Origin: a virus
Direction: 5' to 3' (one strand)
Virus genome (UHGV): UHGV-0192012
DNA: 41,235 bases
Made by a program: the position numbers and the translations under genes. The notes under the pieces were generated by a model. It was not told the origin of the DNA, made no database searches, and saw only the letters and a list, made by a program, of their open reading frames with translations. This document shows positions 24,725-32,519 of the stretch, piece after piece; positions within the stretch are counted from its first letter, which is position 1; each line of letters opens with the position of its first letter.

Positions 24725-26173
24725 ATGGCAGATATTACTAAAGCAACTGCTGAAACGTTAAAAGAGCGTGAGGCAAGGGATAGGGCGCTCAGGGCGTTTA
24801 ATCCGTCGTTTGACAGGTATAGGCTTCTTAAAGATGCCTACTATGGTGTTGGATTGTTCGAACACGGGGCGGGCCTTCGCAGACATCCTCGGGAATCCAT
24901 GGAGAACTTCAGGGACCGTCAGGCGCTGGCATATTACTGGAATTATACAGGGCCTATCATCAATGCCTATGTAGACCCGATTTACAAGGATGAAATCCGC
25001 AGGGAATATAAAGATTCTGAAATGTTTGACCGCTTTTTAAGTGACTGCGACAGAGCGGGGACGACATATCAGGATTTCTGCAAGGATGCGGCATTAGCGG
25101 CAAAATTGTATGGCGTGGCTTATGTTGTAGTAGACAACAGTAATGTGATGGCTGACAGCTTAGGGGATGCGCTCAGCAACAGACAGCTCCCTTTCTTAAA
25201 GCTTGTAACACCAGATATGATAAAAGACTGGACAATAGATGTTTTTGGGCGTTTGTACAGTTTTTCTTATACAGAAACTATTCAGACGGGAAGGAATCGT
25301 TCAGAAGAAATTACCTATATATGGACTCCTGACGAATGGTCAATAAGTACTAACGGTAATACCATAAGCGGCGCTCATAATTTAGGCCGGGTACCAGTAG
25401 TACAGTGGAGAGCCAGAAATACCAAACTTACAGTTATCAAACCTCCTTCTGAATTTCTTTCTGTAGCGCAGGCTAATTATTTCCTGTTTCAATTATGCTC
25501 GTGGCATACACAGATTTTGAGAGACCAGGCATTTAATATTCTGACCATGCCGGATACTGGTTCCACCGATATTACTGTAGGGACTAATAATGTACTGACG
25601 TATCCGCCGGAATCCAATCACACGCCGGCATTCATCAGCCCGGCTGCGGCTCCAGCGGAAATGTTGACCTCTCAGATGGATAGGACGATTCAGGAAATGT
25701 TCCGGATGTCCGGGCTTAATTCCGTTATCGGCTTACAGACAGATCAGTCTAAATCCGGTGTAGCTAAGCAGTGGGATTTCGAAACAACTAACCGCAGGCT
25801 TGCGGGATTTTCTGCAAGGTGCGAAAAGGCAGATGCGGCCATTGTGGCTCTCTATGAACTCTGGTCTGGGGATACTATAGATTATCATTGCGAGTATCCA
25901 AAAGACTTCAGGATTAACGATGTAGCGGACAGCCTGGCAGAAGCACAGACTGCACTTGAACTTGGGTTTGACACCCCGACCTACAAGAAGGAAGTTCTGA
26001 AGAAGGTGCTGGAAGCATACATGCCAAATCTGGAACCAGAAACTTACGATGCTATTGTTAATGAAGTAGAGGATGCGGCTAATCAGGCAGTCAGGGACAA
26101 TGTGTATGGCGCAGAAGGGGATGAGCCAGTAGATGCGGTTGACGAAGGCACAGAAGGCAGCCCGACAGTTTGA
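24725..26173 (+). CDS. Portal protein
   Basis: 482 aa directly after terL; SGVAK.WDF motif; synteny. Confidence 0.85.
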   Translation: MADITKATAETLKEREARDRALRAFNPSFDRYRLLKDAYYGVGLFEHGAGLRRHPRESMENFRDRQALAYYWNYTGPIINAYVDPIYKDEIRREYKDSEMFDRFLSDCDRAGTTYQDFCKDAALAAKLYGVAYVVVDNSNVMADSLGDALSNRQLPFLKLVTPDMIKDWTIDVFGRLYSFSYTETIQTGRNRSEEITYIWTPDEWSISTNGNTISGAHNLGRVPVVQWRARNTKLTVIKPPSEFLSVAQANYFLFQLCSWHTQILRDQAFNILTMPDTGSTDITVGTNNVLTYPPESNHTPAFISPAAAPAEMLTSQMDRTIQEMFRMSGLNSVIGLQTDQSKSGVAKQWDFETTNRRLAGFSARCEKADAAIVALYELWSGDTIDYHCEYPKDFRINDVADSLAEAQTALELGFDTPTYKKEVLKKVLEAYMPNLEPETYDAIVNEVEDAANQAVRDNVYGAEGDEPVDAVDEGTEGSPTV

Positions 26174-27683
26174 GAAGGCAATCCATAAGTACCTTGAGCA
26201 GGGATATACTGAACGCGAAGCCGTAGATAAAGCCTATAAAGAATTTCCTGTTATGAAGATCATGCAGAACGAAATACAGGGCAATCTGGCATCCACTATG
26301 ATAAAAGCCTCTGTTGGAACCATCACATTGAATGAAGCCCGGCGGGCAACCAGAATGGCATGGGCTAAAGACGACCTTACTCTGTCGGAAAGAACAACTA
26401 AAGGCGGAAAAATGGTACAGACCATGACCGCCAAGGCAATTCAGGATGCCATAAAGCAGGGGAAGAGTTTAAAAAAATTATCCCTTGATATATTTAACGG
26501 ATATACTGTTGGAGGCGTTATACCTACACAGGATATTCCTAAATGTATAGCAGAATTAACTATCATTGCAAAACTTAAAAAGGATACAGGTTCTAAACTA
26601 TACAGGCAGGCGCTTTCCAAGGTAAGAAATCATCTTAAACGAGTAAACAAGCCGGGCATGAAAGCAGCATACAAACAACTGGTGAAAGCTATTGATTCGC
26701 TGGATGAGGCTAAAATCCACAAGGCAATACACGTTGCTGCTTATGAAAAAACACGATACTTTGCTGAACGAATAGCCAGAACTGAGACTTCCCGGGCGTG
26801 GAATGCCGGAGTGTTTCGAAGATGGGCCGAGGATACCGACTGTGTTGCTTTCCAATGGAAATTATCTACAGCTCATCCGGTGACAGATATATGTGACCTG
26901 TATGCTCATGCGAATCTATATGGAATGGGCCCGGGGATATTCCCAAAGGATAAGGTGCCAGTATTACCTGCCCATCCGAACTGCATGTGCAGGCTTAGGC
27001 CTGTTATGACCGGTTCAGATTTACTTCAGACAGAACATGCAGAGGATATGGTAAATAAAGGTGGGGCGGATTATCTGAAAAAGTCCAGCGCAGAAACACG
27101 AAAGAAGATACTTGGGGTTAAAGGTGCAGAGTCCTTTGAAATGGGCAAGGTTGTAGACTGGAGAGGAATAGCTCACGGTTTTACTGACGAGCATATGACT
27201 ACAAGATTTAAAGTCAGGCATAAAGTACAATCTGTTTATGGATTGTACATGAGTTCAGCGGCTCCCGGGGGAGGAGATATACTATATGATGTAAACTATA
27301 GACCAAATAAGCATCGTGACGAAATCAAAGTGGCTGGAATACTAAATTCTGTTTTAGGTGGAGATATTACGTTATTGGAAGAGGTTAATACCCCAGGCAC
27401 TAAAAGACCAGATTATGTATGGCGTGGTAAGATGTGGGAGCTGAAAACTGTATCCAGTGAAAAAGCCGCTGATCGAGCCATACGAAAAGGAGTCAAGCAA
27501 ATTGCAAAAAATCCTGGTGGAATTATATTAAATTTTGGTGAAAATACTTTTAGTACCAAACAATGTAAGAATGTCATTATTGATAGACTTAAGCGAAGTG
27601 AAATTAAAACAACTATCGATATAATTGTTTTAAAGCAGGATAAGATACTTAATATATTCCGGTATAAAAAGCAAAAAAGATGA
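26133..27683 (+). CDS. MuF / SPP1 gp7-like head morphogenesis protein with C-terminal nuclease-like (CdiA tRNase-type) extension
   Basis: ERIARTE, DICD, PAHPNCMC (MuF); C-terminal ~150 aa with HRDE...KRPDYVWRGKMWELK (PD-(D/E)xK-like). Confidence 0.8.
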   Translation: MRLTKAQKAARQFEKAIHKYLEQGYTEREAVDKAYKEFPVMKIMQNEIQGNLASTMIKASVGTITLNEARRATRMAWAKDDLTLSERTTKGGKMVQTMTAKAIQDAIKQGKSLKKLSLDIFNGYTVGGVIPTQDIPKCIAELTIIAKLKKDTGSKLYRQALSKVRNHLKRVNKPGMKAAYKQLVKAIDSLDEAKIHKAIHVAAYEKTRYFAERIARTETSRAWNAGVFRRWAEDTDCVAFQWKLSTAHPVTDICDLYAHANLYGMGPGIFPKDKVPVLPAHPNCMCRLRPVMTGSDLLQTEHAEDMVNKGGADYLKKSSAETRKKILGVKGAESFEMGKVVDWRGIAHGFTDEHMTTRFKVRHKVQSVYGLYMSSAAPGGGDILYDVNYRPNKHRDEIKVAGILNSVLGGDITLLEEVNTPGTKRPDYVWRGKMWELKTVSSEKAADRAIRKGVKQIAKNPGGIILNFGENTFSTKQCKNVIIDRLKRSEIKTTIDIIVLKQDKILNIFRYKKQKR

Positions 27684-27930
27684 CTGAATCGTTGGCCCCC
27701 CACCAAAACGGGCAGAGGAGCGATTCAATCATCTTCTTGTATCTATTATAGCATGAAATTTATGGTTTTTAAAGTTTCATGACATGTTGTAGGCAGCATT
27801 TTATTAAATAAGAATTGTCTTTTGTATCAGGCAGGAACTGATACAGACCGCAGACGTTAAAGAACGGTCTTTTTTAGTGCATTAGTAGCAGGCAGGACCT
27901 GCGGATATTCTACACAGGAGGTAGAAATTT

Positions 27931-28545
27931 ATGAACATGGCAGAACTCTATGAGGCATTATCCAAAGTAGAAAACGGGGAAACCTATGTTTCTACAATTA
28001 AAGCAGAAATCAGCAAGGTAAATGCAGAAGCGGCAAAGTTCCGCACAGCAAAGAATGAAGCAGAAACTAAAGCTGAGGCTAAAATTAATGAACTGAATGC
28101 CACTATTGAAGAACTTAAAGCCAAAGGGACAGGGGCCCAGACGGTCACAGAACGCATTCAGAAACAGCTGGATGATCTGACTAAGAAATATGAAGCCAGC
28201 GAAAAGGCGAGGGTTGAGGCAGAAACGAAACGAGTAGAAGCGGACATCTTTAATAAGACAGTTGCTGAACTTACCAAAGGGAATGCGGCAGCTCCTGCTG
28301 AAGTAGCTAAGATTCTTGTTGGTAATATCCATGCTAAGGATGATGGCACATATGAATTCACTATGGCCGATGGCAAAGCGGTATCAGTTGCCGAAGGCGT
28401 TGGCGGATGGCTGAAAGGTAACGCATGGGCAGTCAAGAACACACAGAACACCGGAAGCGGTGCCCCAAATTCTGCTGCAGGAAGCGGGACCACAGGGAAA
28501 GCCGTTTCTCTTGCTGACGCAATTAATAACAGTCTTAATTCATAA
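27931..28545 (+). CDS. Capsid scaffolding protein
   Basis: Coiled-coil, Gly/Ser-rich tail; directly upstream of MCP; AGGAGG RBS. Confidence 0.8.
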   Translation: MNMAELYEALSKVENGETYVSTIKAEISKVNAEAAKFRTAKNEAETKAEAKINELNATIEELKAKGTGAQTVTERIQKQLDDLTKKYEASEKARVEAETKRVEADIFNKTVAELTKGNAAAPAEVAKILVGNIHAKDDGTYEFTMADGKAVSVAEGVGGWLKGNAWAVKNTQNTGSGAPNSAAGSGTTGKAVSLADAINNSLNS

Positions 28546-28566
28546 AAAACAAAGGAGATTTACATT

Positions 28567-29526
28567 ATGGCACTTACACTTGAATCAGCAAAGGCACTTA
28601 CTACCGACGCAGTACAGACTGGCGTCATTGATGAATTTCAGAAGTCTAACTGGCTTATGCAGCATATGCAGTTTGCGGACGCAGTATCCCCCGTAGGTGG
28701 TGGCTCCACAATGACCTATTCATATAACCGTGTGATTACTCAGCCGACTGCCGGCTTCCGTAAGATTAATGCGGAATACCCCGCACAGGAAGTGGAAACC
28801 AAGCGTTTTAGCGTTGACCTTGCAGTATTCGGTGGCGCTTTCGCTATTGATCGTGTGCTGGCAGGAATGAACGGGCTCGCTGACCAGGTAACACTTCAGA
28901 TACAGCAGAAGATTAAGGCTGCATCTGCCCTGTTCAACGATACTGTTATCAATGGCGATAAGGGCACCAATGATGCTGCGTTTGATGGTTTGGAAAAGTC
29001 ACTTACTGGCACTTCCACAGAAGTAACTCCGGCGTCTGCTATTGACCTGTCTGATTCTACAGCCATTGATACCAACTACAAGGCATTCCTTGACCAGGTG
29101 GATTTGTTCCTGGCTAATCTGGATGGTATTCCGTCCGGCCTGCTGATGAATGCAACCGCGCTGGCTAAGTTTAGAGCAGTTGCCCGTCGTTCTTCTGCTT
29201 ATCAGATGACTATGGACCAGTTTGGCCGTCAGGTGGAATCCTACAATGGAATTCCTCTGGTTAACCTTGGCACAAAGGCGGGGACTAATGATCCAGTAGT
29301 TCCGATTGCTTCTGACGCAGGTACTACCTCTATTTATGCCGTGCGTCTTGGAATGGACGGCCTTCACGGTGTAACCACTCAGGGCGGCACTCAGCTGATT
29401 CGCACATGGCTTCCAGATTTCTCTACTTCCGGAGCGGTAAAGACTGGGGAAGTAGAAATGCTGGCTGCCATTGCATTGAAGGCTACTAAGGCTGCAGGTG
29501 TTCTGCGCAAGATTAAGGTAAAGTAA
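28567..29526 (+). CDS. Major capsid protein
   Basis: 319 aa; FRKINAEY, INGD...AFDGL, YNGIP motifs; synteny. Confidence 0.9.
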   Translation: MALTLESAKALTTDAVQTGVIDEFQKSNWLMQHMQFADAVSPVGGGSTMTYSYNRVITQPTAGFRKINAEYPAQEVETKRFSVDLAVFGGAFAIDRVLAGMNGLADQVTLQIQQKIKAASALFNDTVINGDKGTNDAAFDGLEKSLTGTSTEVTPASAIDLSDSTAIDTNYKAFLDQVDLFLANLDGIPSGLLMNATALAKFRAVARRSSAYQMTMDQFGRQVESYNGIPLVNLGTKAGTNDPVVPIASDAGTTSIYAVRLGMDGLHGVTTQGGTQLIRTWLPDFSTSGAVKTGEVEMLAAIALKATKAAGVLRKIKVK

Positions 29527-29546
29527 TGAATTTATAGGAGGTAAAT

Positions 29547-29744
29547 ATGGCTAAAGTATATGCACCGGTAAAGGACTATACAGGAACCAGTGCCTCCGTA
29601 GGGTTTGTGAACGGCGTCGGAGAAACCTCTGACGCTCGTTTGCTTCTCTGGTTTGCGGAGCATGGGTACACCGTTTCTAAATCTGTACTGACGAGATTGA
29701 ATGAAGCAAAGAACGAAAGCGAAGTAAAGAAGGAATCAGAATGA
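29547..29744 (+). CDS. Small head-associated hypothetical protein
   Basis: AGGAGG RBS; VGFVNGVGET...WF..HGY. Confidence 0.75.
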   Translation: MAKVYAPVKDYTGTSASVGFVNGVGETSDARLLLWFAEHGYTVSKSVLTRLNEAKNESEVKKESE

Positions 29745-30166
29745 ATGCGGTGAATATCTTCAGAATAAGATTGAGACAGGCGGTAAAGGAATCAGCTAAT
29801 GCTGTACAGGACTATGCGGCAGAGCATCATGAATTCCGCTCGCATACGTCTGCGCTCGAGCAGTCCGTAGACACCACATTTCTTCATGGAGGAATGACAG
29901 GCCGTGTGTTCCTTAATACAAGGCGCGCCCCTTACGGGCCGTTTGTACACGAGGGAACCCCGCCGCATATCATCCGGCCAAAAAACAGGCAGGCACTGCG
30001 ATGGGTGGCAGGGGCTGATTTTGTGTTTTCCAGAAAGGTACGCCATCCAGGATATAGGGGTGACCCGTTTCTCTATAATGCCCTCGACGCTATGGATGAG
30101 GAAATTGACAGGATTTTTGACAAGTATATAACCCTTGCACTGGAGGAGGTGACAAATGGACTCTAA
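29741..30166 (+). CDS. HK97 gp10-like head-tail joining protein
   Basis: YGPFVHEGTPPHIIRPK...VRHPG...PFL. Confidence 0.75.
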   Translation: MNAVNIFRIRLRQAVKESANAVQDYAAEHHEFRSHTSALEQSVDTTFLHGGMTGRVFLNTRRAPYGPFVHEGTPPHIIRPKNRQALRWVAGADFVFSRKVRHPGYRGDPFLYNALDAMDEEIDRIFDKYITLALEEVTNGL

Positions 30167-30545
30167 TCTTATAACGGTTGAGGATTTAAGGGCTTCTGAT
30201 GAGCTTCTGGGACCTGTTGTCACAGAGGATACAGTTAAAGAGGCATACGACTCACTTTATCTGATGGCTAATACTCTTGGGATAGATGCTGGGGATGTGC
30301 AGATGACTTATCTTGTTAAAAGGTATCTGACTGTATATTCGCTGTGGAGTACAGCCATGACAAAAAGCTACAGCGCAGGACCTGCTTTTGGTGACAAGGA
30401 TAGTGATGCTTATGCTAAGAAGGCGGAGATGTACAGTGAAGAGCTCCGCCGGCTTGAAACCAAGCTCACAACGCCAGAGGCCTTTTTGGGGGTAACGGTT
30501 TCTGAAAAGTCCGGATATCGCTGTGTTTCACTGGCTAGGGGGTAA
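30156..30545 (+). CDS. Putative head-tail adaptor
   Basis: Size and synteny only. Confidence 0.55.
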   Translation: MDSNLITVEDLRASDELLGPVVTEDTVKEAYDSLYLMANTLGIDAGDVQMTYLVKRYLTVYSLWSTAMTKSYSAGPAFGDKDSDAYAKKAEMYSEELRRLETKLTTPEAFLGVTVSEKSGYRCVSLARG

Positions 30546-30550
30546 TACCT

Positions 30551-30991
30551 ATGGTATGGCTTGAACTTCTGCAGTATATAGCGGATAAATTGCAGAAAGC
30601 GGATTCCGGGCTCTATGTTGTTCTTGGGCTGCATGACCCACGTGTGCTCCCACTGAAAGACAAGGATTGTATTGTGCTTTATCGTGGGCAGGAAGCGCAG
30701 GATGAACAGGGGGCATCGTTTACTCCCTGTTCCATTACCTGTTATCTGGAATGCTGGACACGTGATGATTCACCAGATTTTGCTAATGGATATGAAAAGT
30801 TAACCAAGCTGGAGGCAAAGGTGGATAAAGTCCTGCTGTCCATCAAAGACGAGTCCGGAATGATAAGTGATTCTACGCAGATGTTAGATTTAGTTATTAC
30901 GCAGAAAGCAGGAGATATGGACTCTGTACGACCACTTATCGGGTCGCTGTATACTCTTTCTGCCTCTGTTTACACACAGGAAGGAGATTAA
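30551..30991 (+). CDS. Putative tail terminator/completion protein
   Basis: Size and position before the tail tube gene. Confidence 0.55.
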   Translation: MVWLELLQYIADKLQKADSGLYVVLGLHDPRVLPLKDKDCIVLYRGQEAQDEQGASFTPCSITCYLECWTRDDSPDFANGYEKLTKLEAKVDKVLLSIKDESGMISDSTQMLDLVITQKAGDMDSVRPLIGSLYTLSASVYTQEGD

Positions 30992-30994
30992 TGA

Positions 30995-31939
30995 ATGATT
31001 GTAAGAGGTTATAAAAGTGGTACCGTCCTTGATTATGAAACCACATATAACACATTGCCGGAAAAGAAAAATGGATATCGAATGCCAATTGTTTCCAACG
31101 AGCTTAAAAAGGACCAGACATTGATTGAGTCGGACGTGATTTCCGGTACAAGAAATGCCCTTCAGCCGGCTCTTGGCAGAGTGGCTGTGTCCGGGGATAT
31201 TGTTATTCCGGCTGACTATGAAGCCATCGGGTACTGGCTTAAGGGGCAGTTTGGCGCACCGCAGACTACAACAGGAGAAGGGATTTATACCCATAAGTTT
31301 GCCGTCCCTGAATATCAGCCGTCTATGGTTATTCAGAAGGGATTCCCAGATACCTCTAAATACATGATCTATACCGGATGTAAAATCAATACGGCAGAGT
31401 GGAAATTTGGTGATGACGCAGAAATGCAGGTTACCCTTTCTATGCTTGGCGCAGATAGAACAGTGGCGGATGCAGAATACAATAGTTCGGCAGTGACCGC
31501 CAAGTATTTACCCATTTCACAGAATCATGCTTATGTGAAATTGGGCGGAACAGAATCTAAGATTGTTAAATCAGTTACCTTTAAACTGGATGGAAGCCTT
31601 GATGACTCTCAGTATGTCGTAGGTGGTGGCGGAGTTCGCGGAGATATTCCGGAAGGTCTTATGCAGGCTACCGGTACCATTACTGCAATGTTTACCGATA
31701 CATCGCTTATGAGTCTGGCTGATGCAGGAACCAAGACCAGTCTTGAAATCGGCTTTAAAATGGACGACAAACATTCTCTGGCGTTCAATTTCCCAGAAAT
31801 CCAGATTGAACCGCATGACGCCAGCATTTCAGGGCCATCTGGTGTAGAGGTTGAAATCCCATTCAGAGCATTCTGGGGAAGCGATTCCGGTAAGTCATTG
31901 GTACAGGTGACTTTGGTTAATGATGTGGAGGGCTATTGA
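30995..31939 (+). CDS. Major tail tube protein
   Basis: 314 aa, beta-rich, YTGCKIN motif; precedes chaperone and tape measure genes. Confidence 0.82.
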   Translation: MIVRGYKSGTVLDYETTYNTLPEKKNGYRMPIVSNELKKDQTLIESDVISGTRNALQPALGRVAVSGDIVIPADYEAIGYWLKGQFGAPQTTTGEGIYTHKFAVPEYQPSMVIQKGFPDTSKYMIYTGCKINTAEWKFGDDAEMQVTLSMLGADRTVADAEYNSSAVTAKYLPISQNHAYVKLGGTESKIVKSVTFKLDGSLDDSQYVVGGGGVRGDIPEGLMQATGTITAMFTDTSLMSLADAGTKTSLEIGFKMDDKHSLAFNFPEIQIEPHDASISGPSGVEVEIPFRAFWGSDSGKSLVQVTLVNDVEGY

Positions 31940-32199
31940 TGGACATTAAGGCAAGAGCGCTGACTTATGGGCAGTTGAAGACATTAAGAAAAGCGGGGTA
32001 TGACTTAACCCGTATCAATAAAGATACAGTAAAAGGCAATTATGAAGGTCTGGTGCAGGATGCGCTGGAATACATTGTTGAGCTTGTGTATCCGGAGCTG
32101 AAGGATAAGCTAGATGACATGCCATATAAGGATATTATCCAGTTGGGTAATGAAACACTGGTTGCTACCTACGGAAGCAGTGAAGCTGAAAAAAACTAG
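31936..32199 (+). CDS. Tail assembly chaperone (gpG-like)
   Basis: Ends in EKN* with slippery A AAA AAC (32190-32196). Confidence 0.8.
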   Translation: MMDIKARALTYGQLKTLRKAGYDLTRINKDTVKGNYEGLVQDALEYIVELVYPELKDKLDDMPYKDIIQLGNETLVATYGSSEAEKN

Positions 32200-32519
32200 A
32201 GAGCGTCTACCGCTGGACGCTAAGCAAGCGGCCTTCTTATTGTGAGCAATGCAGAAAATGCTTTGCGAAAGAAGGGAAGCCGGCTCCGTGTAAAGGCTGT
32301 GAATACCGCTGCCCGGACCTTTCCGCGGAGAATGACGAAGTGTGGGAGTTGTGGACTTATTCCAGTACGCAGCTCCGTACCTCGTTTTCTGGAATTATAG
32401 GGATAGACTACAATGCAGTCTTTCATATAGCGGAATGCCTGGGAATGACCATAACCCCGGGGATTTTGCGAAAATTAAGTATCCTTGAGAAGGTTTTAAG
32501 AGAGAAGGTGAATTCATGA
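32196..32519 (+). CDS. Tail assembly chaperone gpT-like extension reached by -1 frameshift (DUF1799-like)
   Basis: The -1 frame is open from the slippery site to TGA 32517-32519: LESVYRW...CEQCRKC...CKGC...ENDEVWELW...TQLR...GIDYNAV...ILE. Confidence 0.8.
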   Translation, partial: LESVYRWTLSKRPSYCEQCRKCFAKEGKPAPCKGCEYRCPDLSAENDEVWELWTYSSTQLRTSFSGIIGIDYNAVFHIAECLGMTITPGILRKLSILEKVLREKVNS

